From Geosiphon pyriformis uo1 (Eukaryota; Fungi; Glomeromycota), in contig JAAOMT010000777.1 of NCBI GenBank assembly GCA_016748015.1, forward strand, positions 190,347 to 254,346: DNA of 64,000 nucleotides, read 5' to 3'. The notes beneath the pieces were generated by a model. It was not told the origin of the DNA. It saw only the letters and a list, made by a program, of their open reading frames with translations, and ran no database searches. Positions 12,423-24,500 of this stretch are shown here, in pieces. Made by a program: the position numbers and the translations under genes. Numbering within the stretch: position 1 is the stretch's first letter; each line of letters begins with the position of its first letter.

Positions 12423-15400
12423 GTGACAAAATCAGAATCAATAGGAGCAAACCATTTAGAATTTGCGAAATCCTTATTTTAATACTACTGTCAACATTTG
12501 GAATTAAACTACAACCACATATTAACAGAATCAGCCTTCAACTTCTATGTCAACAAGAGAATTGCTTATCTGTTAGGAACACCAGTAAATACCGAGTCAG
12601 CAAGAGAAACCTTTTACAACAAATTAATTCAAAACACTAGCCTACTAACAAACCACAATTTCACATCTATCATTACAAAAATCAATAAAAAAATTAAACA
12701 TCACACTCAACAAAAATACCCAATTACATATGCCAATAAAAGAAAAGGAAAACTACAAACCCCAGCAGTGACACCTCAAAAAATACAACCATCCATTTGG
12801 AAGAAAACCCGAGTTGAGTCATCAACAAACTCATTATACTAATACACACTAAGAAGCATCATTAACATTTTATCAACAGGCATGTCCACATCAAATGTGA
12901 CATCCACATTTGGATGACTCCTATTTCAAAACAAACAAAAGAAAGCAGAGTTACTAGAAATCTATGGTGATTATTTTGAAAGATTTAAATTACAATTGCC
13001 AATACTATCTAAATTCCAATCACTATCATCTCAACCAAATTTTGGGAATGCAAGTCCCTAGGAGATAACGGAATCAGAAGAGAAAGAAGAAGAAGAAGCC
13101 AAAGATCAAGAATTTACTTACCAGAACCTGATTCCAGAAAATCCTGACATTGAAACCCCAAACTTTTAGACACAGCAAAATACAAATTTAGAAAATCTGG
13201 AAATCAAAACTCCAAATATTTAACCACTGTCAAATCAGAATAATCAAAATTCCAATCTAATTAATCATCTGAACTTACCTTCTGTTATTATTATCAATCC
13301 ACCATAACAACCACCACTGCAATCTCAAATCCAGTTACCATCTTAACAACAAAACTTAGACCCAATGGCTTATGCCTCAATAGCAAAACTCAAAGAGTTT
13401 ACCAGCAAAGAAGACAATGCCCAAGCATGGCTCAACAATATAGAAAAAGCCATTGCAGCTAATAGATAGAATGACACCAGAGTCATGCAAGCCATTCCAT
13501 ATTTTCTTCAAAATACCACCAATTCATGCTACTAAAGCCTGGTCAACAAACTCCAAGATTTCAATGCATTTAAAATAGAGTTCTTAAGATACTTCAGCAA
13601 CAATAACAGCATTAACAGGTTAGCAAACACCTTCATTATCATTAAACAAGAAGAAACTGAAACAGTTATTACTTACTTAGAATGCTTTTATAAGAATCTG
13701 TATCAGATCCAAGTCATCGACACTAATTATTTTACAGTGGCCTAGATCTTAAATCAGTTTATTCACGAATTATGCAGTAGCATCCTGCAATGCATATGAC
13801 CAATGCATTCTGCTAATCTGCAAGCAGTCATCACAAACACCAGAGATTTTAAAGCCACTGAATTAGAAGCCAACCATGTCCAAGCAGTAAATCTAGTAAT
13901 GAATGGATCATCTAACTTGGATTCCAAATTGAAACAATTTAGCGAATCAATCAATTAGAAATTAGAGGAATACTTAGCTAACAACAATCAAGCAATTTAT
14001 TAAACTCCACAGCAATGCAATAATCAGGAAAACTCTAATTGTTTCCAAAATCAATTGCATCTATCATCATCAACCAATCAACAGTAGCAACAAGAAACGC
14101 ATGTTTGCCACTATTGTGATAAACAAAAACACCTACAAATTGACTGCTGCTATCACTTAAATAACCAATAATTAGGAAATCAATATTGAAACCCCAATTA
14201 CCAGTTTCAAATTCTGAATAATCCATCAAATTCAGAGTCATACCATCAAAATTACCTACCTATAACAGAATAGCCAATCTATCAACCACCAATTTATCAG
14301 CCCTCAATACCCATTGTTTATCAACTGCAGTCTCAACTTATCTATCAACCACAGTCTCAAGTAATCTATCAACCCCAACAAATTCAAACACTGCCACAAA
14401 ACCTACCTCAAACCAGAACCCAAAGACCAAGACTGACACAACAAAGCTGGAGATCATCAATGGTTGTTCATCAACTGATTCCCAGTTCCTCTAACCAGCT
14501 GTCAGAAACACATTAGTGGAGTCCAGGAACTGGGTATACTCAAAACCCAAGTTCCCAAAACTATTTAAGTCTCTTGGTTACTCCTGAAAATGCCACATTC
14601 AACAATCTGAAATCCAACCAGAAGCAGCTACTTACCAGCAATATCTCATCAGCAAATATCTCCAATAATGAATCTTTAGCCACTATCTTTCCTTTCAAAC
14701 TTGAGGAAACCACATCAGTTTTATTATTCAGTAAAGCTGCTCTTAACATCAAACCAATCACCACCATGTACACTGATGTGAAAGTTGATGGCCACGCCAT
14801 CAAACTGATCCTAAACAATAGATCAGCTGGCAGCATCATTACATGACAACTTATGGACCAATTAGATTACTGAGTTGATCACACTGCCAGTGCACACATA
14901 ATCACTGCTGATGGAGTGACCAAGACTCCGATTGGCAAGATTAATGACTTTCTTATAGAAGTCAATAGTATTATCATGCCAATCAAAATATTAGTAATGG
15001 AAGCAACCCAGTACCAAGCTCTTGTTGAAAATGACTGGCTGTCGAAAACCAATGTCATGCTTGACTGAAACACCCAAGAACTACAGTTAAGCTAGGATGA
15101 CCACCACACACAGGTGCCAGCCACTTGTGGTCACTTCAAGATCACTTACAATGACAAGCCACTCATTGAGTTCGAGAAAGAAGAGAAAAAATCTACCTAA
15201 AAAGCATACCAAGCTTTTTGGACCAATAAAGACCACAACAAACTACTACCAATACTCTCATGGGATGACAATGAAAAAGGAAAAGAAAAAGAAAAACTTA
15301 CCTGGAATGCTGACCAAGTCTCTTGGAATGATATAGAACACAATGAGCTATCACCAATACTCTTCTGGAATGCCAAAGAAAAAGGTAAAAAAGAGGACAC

Positions 15401-18400
15401 AACAGAAAAAGACACCACTACTAAAGAAATAACTAGTGGCTGAGAGAGATTCTACTCACATGAGCCACTAAAACAACTGCCACATATTCCACTTAAATGC
15501 CAAGATTGTGGAAAGAAACTTTCTTCCATGGGAGTTTGGGTCACACCAGATGAAGATTATTGGATGCAAACCCATTACTATTACAAGCCTTGTCACTGCA
15601 AACATTATGGCTATTCAAAAAGACAAGGAAAGTAGGACAACAAACCATGTTTTGCTTACAGCAAACAATTGCTTGATGAAGAAATATGGAATGACATTTC
15701 TAGTCGAAGAGAAACATATAACACTTCATGTCAATACACAATCCTCATCAGCAATTGTGTGAGTTATGATATGTCAATAACTGCCGTCTGGCACTGTGTG
15801 ATCTCTTGCTTGGACAGTTACCCACATGACAAGAACAAGATCTGGCATATGGCCAATGCCAAAATCAAAGGCACCATGTCCAGCAAAATTTTAGAAATCA
15901 AGAACAACCTACCAAAACCAGTCAATGTCATATTCATCCCAAACTCAGATGCTTTTCTTGACATAAAGACAGGTCCAGAAGAGTTTTATGAGCATTATCA
16001 AAACTTGGTACTAACAAAAGAAGAGTAAGAACAACATCTGGAAGAAATCAACACAAGACTATGTGACTTCCAATATTGTAATGAGTGTAATCTCATTTAC
16101 AATCTATTACTATGCATGATTTACACAATTCCAGAAGAGGATGAACCAATCAGCTACTGTGCATTGGAATCGGAATCAAATTTCAATCCTAATTCAAACT
16201 CCGACAATAATGACAATGAAAATAATAGTTCCAGCTCCATTCTATATGATAATAACAACAACAACAATTTAGACTCAGATTCAAACTCTGATTTAAACCA
16301 TGAACAATATATTACACTCCTTGATCTTATCAAAAAACAAGAACTTAAATGGTTCAGTGATAATAATAAAGGTATTATGTCAGAATGTGTGCATGATACT
16401 AATGCAGAGTTTGATTTGAGATATCTGGAAAAAGATTCCATCAAATTGGAATCACATTTATGCACATGTATTGATCTCAAAATAGCACTGGAGATTCCAA
16501 CAACAACAATGGTCCAACTAGCATCCAGAAGTAGTTTAGCAAAAAAGAAAATCAACATCAGAGAAGGAATAATTGATGCAGGATACGTAGGAAATATCAT
16601 TGCTATGCTACAAAATGATTCAGAAAAGTCATATATTATAGACTCAAATGAAAAGATAGCACAGGCAATATTTTTACCTCTGGTGAAAGTAGCTTAATTA
16701 GTGTCAATAGGAAACAGAGAAGAATTAAGGATAACAGTAAAAGGGATATAAGGATTCAAATCCATGGGTAGAATAGATGTACCAGTTAATATGGCAGAAG
16801 AAGAAATTATTGACAAGGGAGAAATTATTTCCACCTGTTAACCAATTTCTATTCCACCATATGACCAGTACATGGTAGTCATAGACAGAAAAGTAAGGGA
16901 TCAGGTTTAGATTTGTGAAGCAGAAGCAATCTTTTGTGAATCAGAAAAAATTGGATTAGTCAATCTACACATACCAGCCAAGAACCACAATCACATCAAA
17001 ATCCCCATTTACAACAACACAGGAGATATTATTGAGATACTGGAGGGAATTACTATTGGATATCTGACCACCAAAATTGAAGATCAATTACCAAACTCCA
17101 TTCCAGACTTTCCACAACTGTGCAGATATGTGGACATCACATTACAAACAATTTATGGACAAGAAAAATGTTATCTGCTCCAACCAGAACAATTAGAACA
17201 GATGAACTTGGGAAATCTAGATCTATTACAATGTATGCAGCTTAAGATGTTACTCAACAACTTCAATGACATCTTTGCAAGCAAAAATAAATTTGGTAGA
17301 ACTGACATAATCCAGCACCAGATCAAGACTGGAGATGCAATGCCAATCAAACAAAGAGCATACAGAGTACCACCAGCCAGCCATAAGATCATTTATCAAG
17401 AAATCAATCAAATGCTTGACAATAGATTAATTCAACCATCAATGAGCTCATGGTCATTACCAGTAATACTAGTCCATAAGAAAAATAGAAAAATATGCTT
17501 TTGTATGGATTACCAGAAATTGAATAGAGTGACCAAAAATGATAGCTACCCAACTTCAAAGATTCAAAAACTGTTCGATGTTTTTGGTAGAAAGAAATGG
17601 TTCTCAACTTTAGATTTAGACAGTGGTTACTGACAAGTAGCCATAAAACTAGGAGACAAAGAGAAAACAGTATTTACAATATGAAAAGGGAATTTTGAAT
17701 TTGAAGTTATGCCATTCAGCTTGATGAATGTTCCAGCCACATTTCAATGGCTGATGGAAATCATTTATACTAGACTATTGTGGAAATCTGTAATTGTTTA
17801 CTTGGACGATACAAATGTGTTCTTAAAAACATTTAATGATCATCTACATCATCTTCAATAAGTGTTTGAAAGGTTGAGAAGAACAAGATTGAAGTTGAAT
17901 ACAAACAAATGTTTCTTTGGCAAAACAGAACTCAAGTTTCTAGGACATGTTGTAAACAAAGATGATATCAAAATGGATTCAAACAAGATTGCAATAGTAA
18001 AAAATTTTCCAGCACCAACCAACTTGATGGAACTAAAAGCATTTTTGGAATTTGCAAACTATTATTGCCACTTTATCAAGAACTTTTCTAAACTGACACT
18101 GTCACTCTATTATCTACAAACCAAGAATGTGAAGTACAAATAAAAAGAAACTCAACAAGAGGCATTTGACACGTTAAAAAGAAAACTTATTCAAGCTCCA
18201 GTGTTAATGTATCCAGATCATAACAAATTATTTATTATTATCACTAATACATCAAGTCAAGCATTGGAAGCAGTACTATCACAAAGAGGACCAGATGAAA
18301 GAGAACATCCAATAACATATGTCAGTAGAAGCTTAAGTCCCACTGAAAAGAACTATGGAACTCCAGTACTAGAACACTTAGCTATTTATTAGACTGTTAC

Positions 18401-18602
18401 CAAATAGAAAGAATACTTGAGCCAAAAGTTTGATGTTTATACTGACCACAAAGGATTGACTTCAATTTAGAAGCAAAAATTTGGAGACAATTGTTATGCA
18501 AGATAGAAAATAGCACTATTACCATATATATTTACAGTACATTATAAAAAAGAAAAAAACAACAGAAATGCTGACGGATTGTTGCAAATGAGACAAATCT
18601 AA
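12423..18602 (+). pseudogene. pol: A4 ORF1: gag-PR-Cys-rich-dUTPase-RT-RNase H (~2060 codons, many stops)
   Basis: Capsid motif IAKLKEFTSKEDNAQAWL, protease near 14810, WFSTLDLDSGY, YLDDT, RNase H ending RQI-TAA. Confidence 0.92.
16377..16769 (+). pseudogene. dut: dUTPase domain in A4 pol
   Basis: Trimeric dUTPase motifs: AEFDL, ASRSSLA, GIIDAGYVGNI, EKIAQAIF, decayed RG..GFGS. Confidence 0.9.
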
Positions 18603-18638
18603 AAAAAAAACATTTCAACCAAAAAATATAACAAAAAG

Positions 18639-20015
18639 ATAAATATACAAAAATACCAACAACTCCAATATTATATAAATACCCAATTGTTCAAGGAGAA
18701 ATTATCTCAAAAAAAACAAAACAACATAAAACAACAATCAAAATATTTTATCAACCATCAAAATATACTTTACCAGAAAAACAGAAGAAATCCAGATCAA
18801 CTGACCAGAGTAATTACAAAACCAAAAAAAGAGACAATATTGTTTAACATGCACTCAGATCTAACAGCAGAACATTTTTATAAAGAAGCAACTATGGAAA
18901 GAACCAGAAAAAAATACTATTGGCCATCAATGTATCCAGACATTATCCAATATGTTCAAAATTGTAATGCTTATCAGAGAAAAGGAGAAACAAAACTCAG
19001 TGAACCATTAAGACTAATCAAAGTGAGACAACCATTCAATTGTATTAGAATCAACTTAGTCAGACCATTAACAATCACCAGCAGAGGCAACAGATATATT
19101 GCAGTAGTCATGGATTATCTCATAAAATGGCCAGAAACAAAAGCCATTCAAAGAGCAGATGCAGAATCCATTGTCAAATTTGTTCATCAAAATTTGATCT
19201 GTCGACATGTATGTCCAAAAAAACTGTTATCTGATCAAGGAACTTACTTTGTGAATAGAACATTGACAGAATTAAGTCAGAAATTTGAAATAAAAAGGCC
19301 ATTATTATCACTATACTATCCACAAACAAATAGGCTAGTTGAAAGATTTAACAAAACATTATGTAAAGCAATAGCCAAGATCAGTTAGGAAAACCAAGAC
19401 AAATGGGACTTGTTTATGCCATCAGTATTATTTGCTTATCAGACAATAAAGCAAGACACTACACAAACAACACCATTTAAATTAGTATATGGTAGAACAG
19501 CAACATTACCAGTTAAGATAGAAGTCAACATTTATCCAACAGAACCAATAACTAAAGACAATTTCCAGAAAACATTGTTGAGAAAAACATATGACTTAAT
19601 AGAGACACTAGAAAACAAATGGCAAAAAGCAGCTGATAACATTCAAAAGTCACAAAAGAAACAAAAAGAAAGACACGATAACCAATTACTGGATAAACCA
19701 GTTAAATTCAAGATTAGAAACAAAGTACTTTTATATCACACCAAAGTAGAAAAACAATGGAGTAGAAAATTTGACCCCAAATGGGACAAACCATTTTACA
19801 TAAAAAAAATTCTTGGAAATGGAGCTTATAAATTAAGATGGGACAACAAAATCTTAGCCAAAGCAGCACATAGTGATCAACTGAAACCATATCACCATAT
19901 AATATTACCATCTACCAGTAATATTCTACAATTAGAAATACAGAGAATACTAGTCCAACTAGATGAGATTCCATGAGATTTGGAACCAGTCATAATTATT
20001 GGACCAAACATGTAA
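18639..20015 (+). pseudogene. int: A4 integrase ORF
   Basis: Start decayed to ATA; NMHSD..H..CNAYQ, SDQGT, PQTNRLVE; ancestral stop at 20013-20015. Confidence 0.9.
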
Positions 20016-20074
20016 ATGAAACAATGAAAAGAGTATATAAAAACATAGTAAACATGACAGAAGACATCAGAAAA

Positions 20075-20713
20075 ATGGAAATTACCAACAACATTCACTC
20101 ACTAGTCCAACAATTCTTTCAATTGATCCAACAACAAGAAATAGAAATCACAATCAATCAACAAACCATCAAATACACAAACACCAGAAAAAGACCACAG
20201 GATAAAGTACAGAGGAAAACAGAAAACACTATTGACAAAATAGTGGCAAAAGTGAAACTGGTAATAGAAACACAATTCAAAGTCATCCAATATCAAGAGT
20301 TGACTATAAAAACCTGGAATTGGTGGATACAACAATTTTTAAGAAACTTTTGTTATTTTTACTTGGAACAACACGTGAATATTCAGAATCTATATACAAA
20401 TAAGACAAAACAATTATTTGACACAACAATACTATAACAACTAGAACAATTTGTAGAGAAAAACAATTTAACCACACAAACAAGAGCCATTTACTGGCTG
20501 CACACTGGATTTCAAGATTGACCAGAAATCTTGCTCAACACTGAAATAAATACTGTTACTGTCAACCAAATGGAAAAATTAATCAACACCCAATTTGAAA
20601 AATTACAGAACAAAATAACACCAATAATTTTCGAAAAAGAAGTTCAAAAACTACTCAAGAATGGAGAATTAGAGCTAGGAGATTTGGGAGATCTCGACAG
20701 AGCTCAATATTAA
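20075..20713 (+). pseudogene. A4 ORF3 (~212 aa), unknown function
   Basis: ORFs 19973-20437 and 20531-20713 share a frame; ATG at 20075 is conserved in A2 and A5; stop abuts the PPT. Confidence 0.8.
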
Positions 20714-20727
20714 AAAGGAGAGAATAA
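20711..20727 (+). promoter_or_regulatory. A4 polypurine tract
   Basis: TAAAAAGGAGAGAATAA immediately before the 3' LTR. Confidence 0.85.
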
Positions 20728-21598
20728 TGTTATTCATAGAATATAGGAAATATATTAGTATATAAATTAGCCATCAGAAGTAGCCATAGTAAATATGGAA
20801 TTCCAGGATTCCTCTTAAGAGAAATTGCAAAATTCCAGGAATTTCAGAATTCTTGTACAAAAAATCACAGGATTCCAGAATTCCAGAATTTCTCTCAAAA
20901 AAAATTACAGAATTCCAAAAATTCCAGGATTTCTGGTGTGAAAAATTGAGGAATTGAGGAATCTCAATTATGTATATATAGTGGTAGTATTAGAAGCAAA
21001 AAAGACAGACATCTCTATTTAGATTTGATTTAAGCAACCTTCTAGTTCCCAAATATTAATAAATAAATATTTACTATTACAAATATATTCTCCACTATTA
21101 ACACTTCATATTAATAATTATTGACACTTAACTACACTAGAACAATAGTTCTTGATCATGACTATTGATGGGATACTAATTTGCAAATTACCTTGGCTTA
21201 TTTTTTTACTTCTTTTATTTTCTTTTTTTATCTTTTTTTCTTTGATTTTTGTTGTATACTAATTGATTAAAAATTAAGTGCTGAATTATTGACATCACGG
21301 ATAGCCTGATAAAAGACCCAGAAATAAGAGTAATGAATATATATATATTAATGGATAGCTTATCAAAAGAGCATAACTGCCAGATTAAACCAGCTACTAT
21401 GCTAAAGATAGAAATTGGGAAAAACAATTTACCAACAAACCACATTATCATTGAATCTCTGTTCATTATACAAAAAACTCAACCAAAACCTTTAGATACA
21501 AACAATACCTTCAGATTATCATTATCACAAATAGCTTCTGAGCACCAAGTTACAGATTTGTTATTTAATTTGAGACCTCTAAATAATTATCTATAATA
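20728..21598 (+). repeat. A4 3' LTR
   Basis: Matches 11489-12360. Confidence 0.94.
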
Positions 21599-24500
21599 TC
21601 ACACCACTAATCACAGAAATAAATAGGGAAATTGAAAAATACACCAAACAAAAATTTCTTATTATGTTTGCTAATAAAAGAAAAGGAAGACTATAAACAT
21701 CAGCAGGAACTCCAAAGCAAATCCAACTACCCACTTGGAAGAAACAAAGATTTGATTCTCTGGCCAATCCATCATATTATCACACATTTGAAAGCACTAT
21801 CAATATAACATTAAAAGGCACATTTATCACAAACACAACCATATTATTGAACAAAATCTCATTCCAAAATAAACAAAAGAAAACAGAATTATTAGAAACA
21901 TATGGCAATTACTTTGAGAGATTTAAATCATAATTTCCAACACCATCAGGAATTTGATCACCACCACTACAACCAGATTTCAGAGCCATTAGTCCTTGGG
22001 AAATAACTGACTCTGAGGAAGAAGAAGATAGTAATCAAGAAAATAGTAACCAAAACACGATCTTAAAAAAACCAGAAATTGAGACTTTGGTTAATCAAAC
22101 CCCAAAAAACCAGAATGATTGAAACCCTGACATTAATAATCAACAATACTTACCTCTAGTAATTATGATCAATCCACCACCAGCTCTACCAATTGCCGAA
22201 CAGCAACAACAGCCACAATCACTATCCCAACAACAAATCCAGCAGCAACCACAACAACAACTAATGGCTTATGCTCCAATTGCCAAAATAGAGAAATTTA
22301 CCAGCGAAGAGGATAACACCCAAGTATGACTCAATAATGTGGAAAAAGCCATTACAGCCAATGAATGGAATGACAACAGAGCCCTTCAAGCAATTTCTTA
22401 TTTTCTACAGGATACTACTGACTCATGATATCAGAGTTTAACTGCTAAACTTCAAACATTCCAGGAATTTAAAATTGCATTTTTGGGATATTTCAGTAAT
22501 AATAACAGTATTAATCACCTAGCCAATGTCTTCACTACAATCAAACAGGGAGAAACTGAAGCAGTTACCACTTACTTGAGATGCTTTCACAGAGACTTAC
22601 ACCAAATTCAAACAATTCAAGCTGATTATTTTACAGTGCCACAGATCCTAAACCAGTTTATTTGTGGACTGTGCAGTAGTCTTCTTCAATGCATACATTC
22701 AATGCATTCACAAACTCTTCAGAATGCAGTTACCAACACAAAAGATTTTGAATTGGCAGAACTTGAAGCAAACCATGCTCAAGCCATTAACTTAGTCATG
22801 AATGAATCATCTAACTTGGATTCCAAATTGAAACAACTCAATAATTCAATTAATCAGAAATTGGAAGGATACTTAGCTGACAATTGCATAATTTATTAAC
22901 CATCACAATAACACAATAACTCAGAAAACATGAATCATTTCCAAAATCAGTCATGTCCATTATCATCATTTTCTTCTTCAAATCAGCTGTGGCAACAGGA
23001 AATGCATATCTGCCATAACTGTGGTAAACAAGGCCACATTAGAGCTAACTGCCAATTTTATAGTAATAATCTATAATCAGAAAATCAATATTAAAACCTC
23101 AATCACCAGTTTCAAGCTCCAAATTATCAATCCAACCCAGCACCATATTAATTGAGTTATCTACCTATAATGTAATAGCCAATCTATTAACCACCAATTT
23201 ATTAGCCCTCAATACCCATCATTTATCAACCACAGTCCCAATCCATTTATTAGTTGCAGCCTCAGGTAATTTATCAGCCCCAACAAATCCCAAACACTGC
23301 CATAGAACTTATCTCAAAATAGAACCCAAAGGCCAAGACTAACACAACAAAGCTGGAGATCATCAATAATAGTCCATTAATTAATTCTCAGTTCCTTCAC
23401 ACAACTATTAGGATCTTAACAATGGAATTTGGGCACCAGATACACCCAAAATCTGAATTTTCAGAACTATTTAAGTCTCTTGGTTACCCCAGAAGATGCC
23501 ACATCCAACAAATCAGAAGCCAACCAAAAACCACTTACTAACAATATCTCACTAGCAACCATTACAAAAGACAAATTACTTACTGTTATCTTCTTTTTTG
23601 AATTCAAAGAACCAATTGAAATGCTGCTATTCAGTAGAGCTGCTCTAAAATTAAAACCCATCACTGCGATGTATACTGATGCTAAAATTGATGGACAACA
23701 CATTAAACTGATCCTAGACAGTAGATCAGCCAGCAGTATTATTACATGACAATTTATGAACCAATTAAATTGCTGAGTTGATCACGCTGCCAGTACACAC
23801 ATAATTACTGCTAATAGAGCAACCAAAACTCCGATTGGTAAAATAGATAACTTTCCATTTAAAGTCAACAACATCATAATACCAATCAAGGTATTGGTGA
23901 TGGAAACAACTCAGTATTAGGCTCTTGTTGGAAATGACTGGCTGTCAAAAGCCAACACTATGCTCAACTGGAACACCCAAGAACTACAGCTCAGCCAGAA
24001 CAGTCACCACACATGCATGCCAGCCACTTGTGGTGACTTCAAGACCACTCCCAATGACAAACCACTCATTGAATTAGAAGAAAAAAAAAAACCTATCTGG
24101 GAAGTGTATCAAGTCTCCTAGACTGACACCAAACACAATAAGCTATCACCAGTACTTTCTTGAAATGATAAAGAGAAAAGTAAGGAAGAAAACACAACAG
24201 AAAAAGACACAACTAAAGAAATAACTAGTGGCTGAGAAAAATCCTACTCACATAAGCCACTAAAACAATTGCCACATATTCCACTCAAATGCCAAGATTG
24301 TGGCAAGAAACTTTCTTCCATGGGAGCTTGGATTACACTCAACAAAGATTACTGGATGTGAACCCACTATTATTGCAAGCTGTGCCACCAAAAATGATAT
24401 GGCTACCCAAAATGACAAGGCAAGTGAAACAACAAACCATGTCTCACTTGTAGGGAACAATTACTTGACAAAGGAATATGGAACAACATTCTTGGATGAG

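Larger units (their letters stand above)
11489..21598 (+). mobile_element. Ty3/Gypsy family A copy A4, full length and uninterrupted (10.1 kb)
   Basis: TSD TCAC at 11485-11488 and 21599-21602; LTRs of 872 and 871 bp. Confidence 0.96.

Noticed and set aside
16180-16300. AAC/AAT microsatellite as an independent feature
   Set aside because: Variable N/D/S linker within pol before the dUTPase; absent in C
16154-16600. Antisense ORFs recurring opposite PR, dUTPase and RT (also 14561, 23467, 37252, 42602, 61107)
   Set aside because: Mirror frames of the A-rich sense ORF; they recur only because the elements are homologous
19970-19978. ATGA stop/start overlap coupling integrase to ORF3 (ORF 19973)
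   Set aside because: A5 has CCACGA and A3 has CCACAA here, so ATG/TGA is CpG decay; integrase really ends ~13 codons later
19973-20713. env gene
   Set aside because: Env-like position, but no signal peptide, transmembrane segment or furin-site/fusion-peptide pattern
21333-21596. ORF inside the LTR U5, possibly leading into gag
   Set aside because: Frame is not conserved among the A2, A3, A4 and A5 LTRs
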